The translations under genes and the position numbers were made by a program. A stretch of DNA of 64,000 nucleotides from Candidatus Omnitrophota bacterium (GTDB lineage: Bacteria > Omnitrophota > Gorgyraeia > Gygaellales > Profunditerraquicolaceae): contig JBAZNT010000008.1 in NCBI GenBank assembly GCA_041649115.1, forward strand, positions 7,121 to 71,120, given 5' to 3'. This document shows positions 27,150 to 37,223 of this stretch, one piece after another (positions within the stretch are counted from its first letter, which is position 1; every line of letters starts with the position of its first letter). Under the pieces are notes generated by a model that was given only the letters and a program-made list of their open reading frames with translations, was not told the DNA's origin and did not search any database.

Positions 27150-28268
27150 TCATAAACCCAGCATCGCAGCCAACAGACTTTTCTTTGTTTTTATAGCTGC
27201 TGCCGGACAGCTCTCCTGGCAGCAAAAACATGAAATACATCTCCGGTAACGAACGGTTATCTTCCCGCTATCGCTGCGGATTGCCTTCTGGGGACAGATG
27301 TCAACGCACCTGCCGCAACGCAGGCAACGCTGCTGCTCGATAACCGGGTAAAAACGCACCAGCTTCCCTGCCAGCCGCAGAAGAGGAAGGGGTATCTTTT
27401 TCTGCAGCGAGCTCTTCGGCAGCCTGAAAGGCTCCCCCGTTACGTCAGCCAGCTTTTCTCCGAAGATAGTGATGGCATTCAAATCTGCGCTGCCGAGCCT
27501 CTTCTCTGCCGCTACCCTGGTAGTGGGGATATCCAGAGGGTTAAGCCCCATGATAGACGTCAAAACGCTGTCTACTGCCACGGCGTCCGCTCCTGCCACA
27601 ATCAAACCCTGCCGGCGCAGCTGACCGCTGGTCCCCGGGCCGTCGCCCTCCATTGCGATTATACCGTCAACGATAGAAAGCACGGGGGCGGCCTTGCGGT
27701 AAACCTCAACTACTATCTCGGAAAAATTCCAGGGGTCGATGTGCCTGCGGTGCAGCTCAAACTTATAGCTGCCGCTGACCAGCCCAAAATTGTTCTTGAT
27801 GGCGGCTGTCAGGACCGTCAAGCCGTGCGTCTTGAATTTGGGCACCGATACCAGGCAATCGCATTCATCAAGAAAGGCTGCCATCGGAAATCTCCCGTGC
27901 CAGCGCCGGCGGTCAAATTCGACCAAAGACACATCTTCCTCTTCGCAGACCTTCTTAATTCCTGAAACCTCATAAACCTCTTCCACCTCTTCAGGGCAGT
28001 TATTCCAGACGCTCGGGCCGTCTCCCACGAATACCCTGCAGCCTATCCCTTTTAGAATCCTGATTACCGCGCGCACCACTTCGGGATGAGTAGTCACGCC
28101 GCATCCGGGATCTTTGGCCAAAAGAAGATTGGGTTTTACCAAAACCCTGCCCTGGGGCTTAACGTAGCTGTCTATGCCCCCCAAAAGAGAAAGCGATCTA
28201 TTTACCGCTTGCCAGACGGAGCGCGGCTCGTAATCAGGGCACCTCGTTATGGAAACGCTGGCGTTCAT
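27150..28268 (-). CDS. DUF362-domain protein with C-terminal 2x[4Fe-4S] ferredoxin module
   Basis: 372 aa with C-terminal cysteine clusters CLRCGRCVDICP and CISCFCCQESCP. Confidence 0.65.
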   Translation of the reverse strand: MNASVSITRCPDYEPRSVWQAVNRSLSLLGGIDSYVKPQGRVLVKPNLLLAKDPGCGVTTHPEVVRAVIRILKGIGCRVFVGDGPSVWNNCPEEVEEVYEVSGIKKVCEEEDVSLVEFDRRRWHGRFPMAAFLDECDCLVSVPKFKTHGLTVLTAAIKNNFGLVSGSYKFELHRRHIDPWNFSEIVVEVYRKAAPVLSIVDGIIAMEGDGPGTSGQLRRQGLIVAGADAVAVDSVLTSIMGLNPLDIPTTRVAAEKRLGSADLNAITIFGEKLADVTGEPFRLPKSSLQKKIPLPLLRLAGKLVRFYPVIEQQRCLRCGRCVDICPQKAIRSDSGKITVRYRRCISCFCCQESCPAAAIKTKKSLLAAMLGL

Positions 28269-29026
28269 TTCAGGTTAAAAAAAGCTGCGGCGGATGAAGT
28301 AGTAACCCTGGCGAGCTCTTCTACCCCCATCTGTTTTAGCTCGGCAATCTTAACTGCCAGTTCCTTGACGTAGCAGGGTTCATTGCGCATCCCGCGCCTT
28401 CCCTCCGGCGGGAGAAACGGCGCATCCGTCTCCAGGAACATCCGCTCTAAAGGAACTTCCTTCACCAGTTCCCTGAGGTCCGCTGCTTTATCATAGGTAA
28501 CGTTACAGGTAAAAGAAACAAAAAAACCCAACCCCAGGCAATCCCTTAAAAAATCCGGACCTCCTGAAAAACAATGCACCACTGCCCGAATCGGAAGGTA
28601 TTCTTTAAGCACCCCCAGGGTATCGGCCTGCGCCTGGCGGCTGTGTATAACCAGCGGCAGGTCCAGGTCTTTGGCGAGAGTCACCAAAGCGGTAAAAAGC
28701 GGCTTCTGATTTTCGCGGCGGGAATAATTCCTGTAATAATCAAGGCCTATCTCGCCTATTGCGACTACCTTGTCTTCCTTGGCTAATTCCCGCAAGGCAA
28801 GGGCCTGCTCCGGGCGGAAATCATCGGCCTCATGGGGATGGATACCGACGCTAGCATAGACCCCTTTATATGTCCTGGCAAGTTCCACTGCGCGGCGCGA
28901 ACCTTCAAGGCTGGAGCCGACATTTACGATGCGCTCCACGCCGGCCAGCGAGGCGCGGCGCACGACCTCATCCCGGTCCTGGTCAAACTCCGGAAAATCC
29001 AAATGGCAATGCGTATCTATCAACAT
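28265..29026 (-). CDS. tatD: TatD-family metal-dependent hydrolase
   Basis: 253 aa with MLIDTHCHL, GEIGLDY and ETDAPF motifs. Confidence 0.85.
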   Translation of the reverse strand: MLIDTHCHLDFPEFDQDRDEVVRRASLAGVERIVNVGSSLEGSRRAVELARTYKGVYASVGIHPHEADDFRPEQALALRELAKEDKVVAIGEIGLDYYRNYSRRENQKPLFTALVTLAKDLDLPLVIHSRQAQADTLGVLKEYLPIRAVVHCFSGGPDFLRDCLGLGFFVSFTCNVTYDKAADLRELVKEVPLERMFLETDAPFLPPEGRRGMRNEPCYVKELAVKIAELKQMGVEELARVTTSSAAAFFNLK

Positions 29027-30525
29027 TATGCGGACTTGTCTATGCGGGGGAAGAGGGGATTTCCTTTATTGACGCGTGCCTGGCCGAATTGCGCGCTTAT
29101 GGATTCTGCGGTACCAGGCATAAAGGCGGCTATCTCGTCTCTGACCTTTATGATTACCAGGACCAATAAACCGAGGAATGATTCCAATTCCGCGGTCCTC
29201 TTCTCCCTGGAGAGGTTCCAGGGTTTGGTATCCTCGACGTATTTATTGGCCATGTTAATCAGCTTCCAGACCTCCTCTAACGCTGCGCTGAAATTCAGCT
29301 CTCTCATATACGCTTCCACTTCCTGGCTGAGGCCTTCTATCTTTGCGTGTATCCGTGTTGCCCGGGGGTCTCTGGAGCCTTTATATCCGGGGATGTCCCC
29401 GCCGCAATACTTCTCAACCATGGTGATGGTGCGATAGACCAGGTTGCCCAGGTCATTGGCAAGGTCGCTGTTGTATCTTTTGATAATCGCCTCTTCGGAG
29501 AAATTGCCGTCCATGCCGAAAGGGACCTCGCGCAAAAGGAAATAGCGGTAGGCGTCGATCCCGAACCTGCGCGCCATCTCGACGGGAGAAACAACGTTGC
29601 CGCGCGACTTGGACATCTTCTCTTCGGCGAACATCCACCACCCGTGGGCAAATATCCTCTCCGGCAATGGGATACCGAGGGCGTGCAGCATAATCGGCCA
29701 GTATACCGCGTGCTGCCTGATGATATCCTTGGCCATCAGGTGCAGCTTTGCCGGCCACCAGCGCGAAAGGTAATTTCCTTCGGAGTCAAATTCCCCCACC
29801 GCGCTGATATAATTGATAAGGGCATCGAACCATACATAGGTAACGTGGCCCGGGCTGAAAGTAAGCGGTATGCCCCAGCTCAGGCGTTCGATCGGTCGCG
29901 AGATGCAGAGGTCGGTTAATTTATTGAGCTCCAGGAAGCGGTAGACTTCTTCATAACGCGCCGCCGGACGTACAAAATCCGGGCGTTCCTTAAGATGCTG
30001 CATCAGCCAGTCTTGGTACCTTGACATCCTGAAGAAATAATTGGTCTCCGATATCTTCTCAACTTTTCTCTTACAGTCAGGGCAAGCGCCTTCGGAAAGC
30101 TCGGACTCTGCCCAGAAGGTCTCGCAGGGGGTGCAATACCATCCTTCGTATTTGGCGCTGTAGATATCACCTCTTTTATGGAGTATCTCCAGAACCCGCT
30201 GCACCGTCCTGATATGGCGAGGCTCGCTGGTGCGGATAAAATCATCGCAGGAAACGCCCAGCTCGCTCCAAAGTTCCTTGAAGACAAGGGAGGCCTTGTC
30301 TACAAACTCCTGGGGCGCAAGGTTCCTCTCGCCGGCAGCGCGCTGGATTTTCTGGCCGTGTTCGTCGGTGCCGGTAAGAAAATGGACGTTTTCCCGCCCC
30401 AGAGAGACGCGCATATAACGGGCCAGCACATCTGCGGCAATGGTGGTATATGAATGGCCGATGTGAGGAGAGGCATTCACGTAATATATGGGGGTCGTAA
30501 TATAAAACTTTTTTTGTCCCGACAT
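29026..30525 (-). CDS. metG: Methionyl-tRNA synthetase (short form)
   Basis: 499 aa with the class I motifs HIGH (PHIGHSY) and KMSKS, and zinc-knuckle cysteines. Confidence 0.9.
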   Translation of the reverse strand: MSGQKKFYITTPIYYVNASPHIGHSYTTIAADVLARYMRVSLGRENVHFLTGTDEHGQKIQRAAGERNLAPQEFVDKASLVFKELWSELGVSCDDFIRTSEPRHIRTVQRVLEILHKRGDIYSAKYEGWYCTPCETFWAESELSEGACPDCKRKVEKISETNYFFRMSRYQDWLMQHLKERPDFVRPAARYEEVYRFLELNKLTDLCISRPIERLSWGIPLTFSPGHVTYVWFDALINYISAVGEFDSEGNYLSRWWPAKLHLMAKDIIRQHAVYWPIMLHALGIPLPERIFAHGWWMFAEEKMSKSRGNVVSPVEMARRFGIDAYRYFLLREVPFGMDGNFSEEAIIKRYNSDLANDLGNLVYRTITMVEKYCGGDIPGYKGSRDPRATRIHAKIEGLSQEVEAYMRELNFSAALEEVWKLINMANKYVEDTKPWNLSREKRTAELESFLGLLVLVIIKVRDEIAAFMPGTAESISAQFGQARVNKGNPLFPRIDKSA

Positions 30526-30531
30526 GGCGTC

Positions 30532-31323
30532 TTACTTATAGGTCATCTCTATTTGGGTGCCGTCCTCCAGTTCAACGGTAGCAGTGCGCCTGAAGACGTT
30601 GACGCTGGTGACCTTGCCTTTACCCTGCGGGGTATGCAATCGTTCCCCTTCGCGCGGCATCCCTTTAGAGAGCATCTTGTAAGTCTCGTATTCGAAATTA
30701 AGGCAGCACATCAGCCTGCCGCAGAGCCCGGAAATCTTGGGGGGATTCAGGGGCAACCCTTCCTCCTTGGCCATCTTGATGGTCACCGGCTCAAAATCGC
30801 TTAAGAAACGCACGCAGCAAAGCTCCCTTCCGCAGGAGCCAAAACCTCCGAGGAGTTTGGCCTCATCCCTCACCCCTATCTGCCTTAATTCTATCCTGGC
30901 CTTGAATATCTTGGCGAGGTCCTTGACGAGATTGCGGAAATCCACCCTCCCGGGGGCGGTAAAATAAAACATGATTTTGCTGCGGTCAAACGAATACTCT
31001 GCCTTCACCAGCTTCATCTGCAGCTTATGTTCTTCTATTTTTTTAAGGCAGCTGTTGAATGCCTCCTTGGCCTTGGCCCTGTCGTCCTCGATCTGCCTTA
31101 AGTCCTTTTCGTTAGCCAGGCGCACGATTTTCTTAACGGTCTCCTTGGCATCCTTTACCTGCGCCGGGGGCTGGGCCTCCGAAGAGATTATCTGGCCGTA
31201 GTCCAGGCCGCGGTCGTGCTCTATGATAACGTAAACCCCCTCCCGCAAGGCCAACCCCTCCGGGGCCCTGCAGGAGTAAACCTGCCCTAATTCCCTAAGC
31301 CTGACCGATACTATCCTTTCCAT
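30532..31323 (-). CDS. PSP1-domain protein (YaaT/RicT-like)
   Basis: 263 aa with the cysteine-rich motif GSCGRELCC...GLCGRLMCCL, typical of the PSP1/stage 0 sporulation YaaT family. Confidence 0.75.
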   Translation of the reverse strand: MERIVSVRLRELGQVYSCRAPEGLALREGVYVIIEHDRGLDYGQIISSEAQPPAQVKDAKETVKKIVRLANEKDLRQIEDDRAKAKEAFNSCLKKIEEHKLQMKLVKAEYSFDRSKIMFYFTAPGRVDFRNLVKDLAKIFKARIELRQIGVRDEAKLLGGFGSCGRELCCVRFLSDFEPVTIKMAKEEGLPLNPPKISGLCGRLMCCLNFEYETYKMLSKGMPREGERLHTPQGKGKVTSVNVFRRTATVELEDGTQIEMTYK

Positions 31324-32273
31324 AACTCCGCCTTGAGATTCGAGGTTAAAAGCTTAAGATTGACGTTCTGGTCTATGCGAAGGTGCGCCTCCGATAAAAA
31401 GTCAAATATCCCGGATAGCTGCTCCTGGGTATAATCTTGCGCCATCATGGCCAATTCGTTGCGGCGGTCAAAATTAATCAATTCCTCTCCTGCCATGCCG
31501 GTCTTTAAAAAACAGATATCCCTGAACCAGCCTATCAGGATGTTGATATCCCGGTGAAGCCCTTCGCGGGTCTGGCTGACGGAAACGGCCGGCGCAACTG
31601 AATGGCGCGAAGTCAGGAAATCGTCTATCACCCTGTTTTTCTCCTGATAGAAACCGGCGTCTTTTAAGCGCAGGGCATCCCCAATCCTGCCTTCACAGAA
31701 ATAACTCAAAAAGTGCGCCCGCGATACATCCAGGCCGTACTCGCTCTTAAGTATCCCCTCAAGCCTATCCCTCCCTAAAGGATAAAAACGCACTATCTGG
31801 CAACGCGAGATAACGGTCTTAAACAGAAGCGATGGCTTGGAACTCACCAGGACAATCACGCTGTGGGCCGGAGGCTCCTCCAGCGTCTTTAACAATGCAT
31901 TGGAAGACTCGGCATTCAGGTTATGGGCGTTATCGATAATATAAACCTTAAGCTGCGCATCATAGGGCCTAAGATTAATTTCGCGCTGCATCTGGCGGAT
32001 ATCGTCTATTCTGATGGTGCCGCTTTCCCCTTCAATAAGACGCACGTCCGGATGCCTGTTATTATCTATCTTGAGGCAGCAACCGCACTCTCCGCAGGAA
32101 TCGGCGTCATTATCCCGGCAATTAACGGCCTTGGCGAATTCCAACGCTGCCCTCCTCTTACCGATACCCTCCGGCCCGCTGAAAAGATAGGCCTTGGCAA
32201 CGCTATCTTCCTGTATCGCCCTGCGCAACAATTCCAGGGAGCTATCCTGTCCTTTGATATCTTTAAAAGACAT
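31311..32273 (-). CDS. holB: DNA polymerase III delta-prime subunit
   Basis: 320 aa. AAA+ clamp-loader fold with GPEGIGKR, zinc-module cysteines CGECGCC, and SRCQ. Confidence 0.8.
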   Translation of the reverse strand: MSFKDIKGQDSSLELLRRAIQEDSVAKAYLFSGPEGIGKRRAALEFAKAVNCRDNDADSCGECGCCLKIDNNRHPDVRLIEGESGTIRIDDIRQMQREINLRPYDAQLKVYIIDNAHNLNAESSNALLKTLEEPPAHSVIVLVSSKPSLLFKTVISRCQIVRFYPLGRDRLEGILKSEYGLDVSRAHFLSYFCEGRIGDALRLKDAGFYQEKNRVIDDFLTSRHSVAPAVSVSQTREGLHRDINILIGWFRDICFLKTGMAGEELINFDRRNELAMMAQDYTQEQLSGIFDFLSEAHLRIDQNVNLKLLTSNLKAELWKG

Positions 32274-32877
32274 TCCTTATCACCAGATCCCTGATTCTAT
32301 CCTGGGTTACGTCCTTATGCTCTGCCACCCTGACAACCTTAAAACGCCGGGGTTCCTTGCGCGCCATGGCAAGATAGCCGCTTCTGACCCGCCTGTGGTA
32401 AGACAGGGGCCGGCTCTCTATGCGGTCAGAGCTTTTGCGGCGGTGCCTGAGGCCTTTTTCAACCGGGAGGTCAAGAAAAATCGTCAGCTCAGGCCTCACC
32501 CCCGCGCTTACAAAATCACCCAGGTACCTGATGAGCGCGACATCCATCCCCAAACCAAACCCCTGGTAAGCGACGGTAGAATCCAGAAACCTGTCGCAGA
32601 TAACATGGAAACCGCTCTTCAATGCAGGCTTGATAACCTCTTCTACCGCCTGGGCGCGGCTAGCCATATAAAGCAACATCTCGCATCCTGCGGTCATCTT
32701 ATCATTAGAGCCGTCAAGGAGTATCTTTCTGATCTTTTCGCTGACCTTTGTGCCGCCCGGCTCGCGCAGGTAAACAACCTTCTTCCCGAGCGACTTAAGG
32801 TAATTGTAGAGGGCGCGCGACTGCGTGCTCTTGCCGCTTCCCTCCGACCCTTCAAAAGTAATAAATTTTCCCCTCAT
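32263..32877 (-). CDS. tmk: Thymidylate kinase
   Basis: P-loop FITFEGSEGSGKST. I prefer the ATG at 32877 (MRGKFITFEG); the ORF-track GTG at 32889 lies inside the upstream repeat. Confidence 0.85.
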   Translation of the reverse strand: MRGKFITFEGSEGSGKSTQSRALYNYLKSLGKKVVYLREPGGTKVSEKIRKILLDGSNDKMTAGCEMLLYMASRAQAVEEVIKPALKSGFHVICDRFLDSTVAYQGFGLGMDVALIRYLGDFVSAGVRPELTIFLDLPVEKGLRHRRKSSDRIESRPLSYHRRVRSGYLAMARKEPRRFKVVRVAEHKDVTQDRIRDLVIRNVF

Positions 32878-32882
32878 CTTAA

Positions 32883-32936
32883 GAAACACTTTCCGAGCTA
32901 ATCTGGAAACACTTTCCGAGCTAAAGCGGAAAGTGT
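32883..32936. repeat. Tandem 19-nt direct repeat plus an inverted copy in the cysS-tmk spacer
   Basis: GAAACACTTTCCGAGCTAA occurs at 32883-32901 and again at 32906-32924 (23-nt period). CGGAAAGTGTT at 32927-36 is complementary to AACACTTTCCG in either copy. Confidence 0.8.
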
Positions 32937-32972
32937 TACTGTTTTAGGGCTTGTAACAGAAAGACTCAAATC

Positions 32973-34376
32973 TTAAACTCTTCGCCACACCTGCCCGTCT
33001 TTTGTATCTTCTACTATAATCCCACCTTTTTTTAATTCTTCCCTTAAGAGATCAGATTCATTAAAGTCTTTCCGGACGCGTGCATCTCTGCGCCGGTCAA
33101 TGAGTTCTTCTTCTTCTTTTGTCAATTGAATCGCTACCTGAAAATTGAGATTAAAAATATTCCTGCCTAATTCCGTTATCGTGTTTATCGCGAAATTCAC
33201 AATCTGAGCGTAATCATTATCATCTTTGCCTGCATCAATATATTTATTTGTAGCATTTAGCAGTTCAAACAAACTGGCGACCGCTACAGGTGTATTAAAA
33301 TCATCATCCATTGCTGCGATAAAATTATTTTTATGCTCTTCAATGAAATCTGCGGTCTTGCCAATAGCGGTAAGGTTGGCTTTCTGTATCTGTTGGGCCC
33401 TGTGAAACAATATCTCAAACCTCTGTAACGCCTTGTAGGACTCTTCCATCCGCGTTTCGGTAAAATCAACCGGGCTGGAATAGTGAGCTTGCAAAAAAAA
33501 GATTTTCAGGGCATCCGGATGATATTTCTTCAAGGCCTCTTTTATCGTCACGAAATTCCCCAGCGACTTGGACATCTTCTGGCCGTTGATGGTAAGGAGG
33601 CCGTGGTGGATCCAATATCTCGCAAAAGGCTCGCCGGTTGCTGCCTCAGCCTGGGCGATCTCGTTCTCATGATGCGGGAACACCAAATCCCTCCCCCCGG
33701 CATGGATGTCCAGCGTCGGGGTCTTTAAAAACTTCTGCGCCATCACGGAACACTCGATATGCCAGCCGGGCCTGCCGCTTCCCCAGGGGCTATCCCAAGA
33801 AGGCTCACCTTCCTTGGATTTCTTCCAGAGCGCAAAATCCAGGACGTCCCTCTTTAAACCGCTCGGCTCTATCCTGGCGCCGGAGCGCATATCATCAATG
33901 CCCTGACCGGATAATTTACCGTAGGATGGAAATTTGCGCACATCGAAATATACGTCCCCTCCGGCTTCATAGGCATAACCTTTCTCAATAAGAGACGAGA
34001 TGTAGCGGACCATATCCGGGATATTCTCGGTTGCCCGCGGTTCAAAATCAGCCTCGTCAATACCGAGGTCCCTTAAGTCCCGGCGGTAGCCGGCAATGTA
34101 TTTTTCGACGAGCTCGCGCCAATCTATCTTAAGCTCATTGGAACGGTTGATGATTTTATCGTCGATGTCGGTGATGTTCCTGACGAACTTCACATTGAAT
34201 CCGCGGTATTTCAAATAACGCCGCATGAGGTCAAAGACATAAAGGCTGCGGGCATGGCCGATGTGGCTGTCGTCATAGACCGTGACCCCGCAGGTATAGA
34301 CATTGGCCTGTTGAGGGACGAGCGGGATAAATTCTTCCTTTTTGCGGGTAAGGGAATTATATATATGGACGGACAT
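32973..34376 (-). CDS. cysS: Cysteinyl-tRNA synthetase
   Basis: 467 aa with the HIGH motif (SHIGHARS) and KMSKS. Confidence 0.9.
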   Translation of the reverse strand: MSVHIYNSLTRKKEEFIPLVPQQANVYTCGVTVYDDSHIGHARSLYVFDLMRRYLKYRGFNVKFVRNITDIDDKIINRSNELKIDWRELVEKYIAGYRRDLRDLGIDEADFEPRATENIPDMVRYISSLIEKGYAYEAGGDVYFDVRKFPSYGKLSGQGIDDMRSGARIEPSGLKRDVLDFALWKKSKEGEPSWDSPWGSGRPGWHIECSVMAQKFLKTPTLDIHAGGRDLVFPHHENEIAQAEAATGEPFARYWIHHGLLTINGQKMSKSLGNFVTIKEALKKYHPDALKIFFLQAHYSSPVDFTETRMEESYKALQRFEILFHRAQQIQKANLTAIGKTADFIEEHKNNFIAAMDDDFNTPVAVASLFELLNATNKYIDAGKDDNDYAQIVNFAINTITELGRNIFNLNFQVAIQLTKEEEELIDRRRDARVRKDFNESDLLREELKKGGIIVEDTKDGQVWRRV

Positions 34377-34382
34377 TAAAGG

Positions 34383-35066
34383 CTATTTCTGCTCCAGCTG
34401 CTTGATTCTCTTTTCTAATTCATCGATGGTTTCCATAATCGGGTCCAGCACGTGGCTGTGGTCAAGGCTCGTATCTATCTTCTTGCCGTCCTGCTTGGTG
34501 ATCCTGCCGGGTACTCCCACTACCGTGGAATTCGCAGGCACATCCTTGACCACCACGGCATTGGCTCCGATATACGAGTTCTCACCGATTGTGATATTCC
34601 CCAGGACCTTAGCCCCGGCCCCGATAACGACGTTGTCACCGATGCTCGGATGGCGCTTGCCTTTCTCTATTCCGGTACCGCCGAGAGTCACTCCCTGATA
34701 CAAAAGCACGTTATTGCCGATAACGGCGGTCTCTCCCACCACAACGCCCATGCCGTGGTCAATGAAAACGCCGCTCCCGATTTTAGCTCCCGGGTGGATC
34801 TCGATACCCGTCAACCAGCGCGAGACCTGGCTGATAAGGCGGGCAATAAAATAGAGGCGCGCATTATAGAAAAAATGCGCAATGCGGTAATCGATGATCG
34901 CTGCCAGCCCGTGGTAAAGAAAAATGATCTCGATGAGCCCCTTGCTTGCCGGGTCCTTCCTGCGAGCCGATTCGACCTCCTGACGGAAAAAAACAAGCAC
35001 AAAGACCAGCTTCAGCGCCAGAAACGCCAAGATTAAGAGAATTACTCCCAGCAATAACCGCATCAT
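34383..35066 (-). CDS. cysE: Serine O-acetyltransferase
   Basis: Contains the hexapeptide-repeat core GIEIHPGAKIGSGVFIDHGMGVVVGETAVIG. The N-terminal 27 aa of the ORF are a hydrophobic helix; an internal GTG would give MLVFFRQEVESARRKDPA. Confidence 0.85.
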   Translation of the reverse strand: MMRLLLGVILLILAFLALKLVFVLVFFRQEVESARRKDPASKGLIEIIFLYHGLAAIIDYRIAHFFYNARLYFIARLISQVSRWLTGIEIHPGAKIGSGVFIDHGMGVVVGETAVIGNNVLLYQGVTLGGTGIEKGKRHPSIGDNVVIGAGAKVLGNITIGENSYIGANAVVVKDVPANSTVVGVPGRITKQDGKKIDTSLDHSHVLDPIMETIDELEKRIKQLEQK

Positions 35067-35549
35067 CTATTCCCCCTTTGAGAGCATTGCGACGGCATAG
35101 GCGGCAATCGCCCTTGCCTTGCCGATATCGCCTGTTTTCTCATTAGTCTTTGATTTGATGTTAACGCGCTCCTCAGGTATATTTAATATCTCGGCCATGG
35201 ACTGACGCATCTGTTTCTTAAACGGCGCCAGCTTCGGCTCTTCGGCAACCACTACCGTATCGATATTGTTAATCGTAAACCCTTTTGCCCTCACTAAAAC
35301 GCACACCTCTTTAATAAGCGCGGCGCTGGAGATACCCGAGTAGCGGGGGTCGGTATCCGGGAATAACTCTCCGATATCCGCCTCCCCGGCAGCTCCGAGC
35401 AGCGCATCAGATACCGCATGCAGCAAGGCATCGGCATCAGAATGCCCGATAAGGCCCTTCTTAAACGGTATTTCAACGCCGCCCAGAAAGAGTTTGCGCG
35501 CGCGGGCTAAACGGTGTATATCGTAACCTAGGCCGATGCGGTAATCCAT
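35067..35549 (-). CDS. ispF: 2-C-methyl-D-erythritol 2,4-cyclodiphosphate synthase
   Basis: 160 aa with GLGYDIHRL and GHSDADALLHA motifs. Confidence 0.9.
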   Translation of the reverse strand: MDYRIGLGYDIHRLARARKLFLGGVEIPFKKGLIGHSDADALLHAVSDALLGAAGEADIGELFPDTDPRYSGISSAALIKEVCVLVRAKGFTINNIDTVVVAEEPKLAPFKKQMRQSMAEILNIPEERVNIKSKTNEKTGDIGKARAIAAYAVAMLSKGE

Positions 35550-35558
35550 ATCGCTAAA

Positions 35559-36236
35559 TTAACCCCCTGCAATGGCAGCGGCAATCCGGATATCCTCCGG
35601 AGAGGTAATCTTGATATTGCGGGAGGACCCCTCCACTATCTTGATCTTTACGCCGAGCTTCTCTGCCAGCATCGCGTCATCAGTCACATCCTCCCTGCCG
35701 AACCTGCTAAAAGACTCTAAAAGCAAATCCCGACGGAAAACCTGAGGCGTCTGGATCTCCCAGAGACCCTGACGGGAAACAGTCCTTTCTACTAAGCGGC
35801 TACTCCCCGAGGTTTTTTTCAGGGTAGACTTCACGGGAATCCCTAAAATACTGGCCCCGTATTTTGCGGCCTCCCTGATAAGCCTGCTGATAAAACATTT
35901 CTCCAGAAAAGGACGGGCAGCATCATGGATAAGAACCAGGTCCGTGTTTTTGCCAAGACACCTTAACCCGCTTGATACGGAATCCTGCCTCCTTGCCCCT
36001 CCCAACGTTACTGTCCTGATCTTGGCAAGACGGTATTTTTTTATCAGAGCGGTTATTGCCCTGAGGTTACCCCTATTGGCAACAACGATTATCTCGTCTA
36101 CCCCCGGATGGCTGATTAAGGCCTCAAGGGAATATATAATTACGGGCTTATCTTTAATCCTGACCAGCGGTTTAGACAGCCTTGTTTTTAGTCTCAGGCC
36201 TCTTCCTGCCGCAAGGACAATGGCTGAAACGCGCAT
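35559..36236 (-). CDS. ispD: 2-C-methyl-D-erythritol 4-phosphate cytidylyltransferase
   Basis: 225 aa with AIVLAAGRGLRL and VLIHDAARPF motifs. Confidence 0.9.
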   Translation of the reverse strand: MRVSAIVLAAGRGLRLKTRLSKPLVRIKDKPVIIYSLEALISHPGVDEIIVVANRGNLRAITALIKKYRLAKIRTVTLGGARRQDSVSSGLRCLGKNTDLVLIHDAARPFLEKCFISRLIREAAKYGASILGIPVKSTLKKTSGSSRLVERTVSRQGLWEIQTPQVFRRDLLLESFSRFGREDVTDDAMLAEKLGVKIKIVEGSSRNIKITSPEDIRIAAAIAGG

Positions 36237-36238
36237 AA

Positions 36239-37222
36239 TTACCTTGTCAACTTTGTGAAGATCATCCTGCCTGCCGGGGTCTGCAGGACCGAGGTCACTA
36301 CCACTTTTACTTCGTGGTTTATAAATCTCCTGGCTTCCTCTACTACAATCATGGTCCCGTCTTCAAGATAGCCCACTGCCTGGTTGTGCTCTTTGCCTTC
36401 CTTTATGAGCTTAACCTCCAGCACCTCTCCCGGAAAAACCACGGGCTTTAAGGCATTGGCCAATTCGTTGATGTTTAAGACCTTCACCCCCTGCAGCGTC
36501 GCCACCCGGTTAAGGTTAAAATCCACGGTCAGGATTTTGGATTCCAGAAGCTTTGCGAGTTTAACCAGCTTGGCGTCAACCTCCGGGGTATCGGCGAATT
36601 CCTCCTCGTTAAGGGCAATATCGATGCCGGGCTGGGACTGCAGGGTATGCAGGATCTCAAGCCCCCTTCTCCCGCGCTGCCGCTTGATAGGGTCGGTGGA
36701 ATCGGCGATCTGCTGTAATTCCTTTAAGACGAAACGCGGGATTACAATCTTGCCTTCCAGGAATTTGGTCTTGCAGATATCCAATATCCTCCCGTCAATA
36801 ATGACGCTGGTGTCCAGTACGGAGACCTCGGCCAACTGATCCTGACGGCGCAGCCTGATATAAGGGATGATGATATTGAACTCATCCTTCCCGCGCAGCG
36901 CAATCACCATGCCCAGGTAGCAAAAAACTAATGTCAGGATCGTCCTGACATTATTCATCCGGTCCACTGGTATGGAGAAGAGCGTCAAGGCATCCGCAAC
37001 CAGCTTAGACATAATTAGGCCCAGGATAAGACCGAATACGCCGCTGGAGAGCCCCCTCAGGGAAACCTTATGCGCCCCCAACTCCAGGATAATAATAAGA
37101 ACACCGCAGATAAGTCCTGCCAACGCCCCCCACAAACCCAGCTGCGGGTAAGGCTCCAGCATACTATAACCTATAATCGTAGCGGTAATAAGAAAAAGAA
37201 AACGCAATAATATAAGACTCAT
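36239..37222 (-). CDS. Membrane-anchored PIN/TRAM-domain protein (YacL-like)
   Basis: 327 aa: N-terminal TMs, a PIN core ([12 protein letters not shown]) and a C-terminal TRAM-like beta domain. Confidence 0.75.
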   Translation of the reverse strand: MSLILLRFLFLITATIIGYSMLEPYPQLGLWGALAGLICGVLIIILELGAHKVSLRGLSSGVFGLILGLIMSKLVADALTLFSIPVDRMNNVRTILTLVFCYLGMVIALRGKDEFNIIIPYIRLRRQDQLAEVSVLDTSVIIDGRILDICKTKFLEGKIVIPRFVLKELQQIADSTDPIKRQRGRRGLEILHTLQSQPGIDIALNEEEFADTPEVDAKLVKLAKLLESKILTVDFNLNRVATLQGVKVLNINELANALKPVVFPGEVLEVKLIKEGKEHNQAVGYLEDGTMIVVEEARRFINHEVKVVVTSVLQTPAGRMIFTKLTR

Positions 37223-37223
37223 C

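Noticed and set aside
32194-32901. 235-aa plus-strand ORF
   Set aside because: It is antisense to tmk and the 5' end of holB. The minus-strand genes have unambiguous P-loop and clamp-loader motifs.
32883-32936. A possible CRISPR-like repeat array
   Set aside because: There are only two direct copies of a 19-nt unit with a 4-nt gap, plus one inverted arm. There are no spacers and no cas genes in the window.
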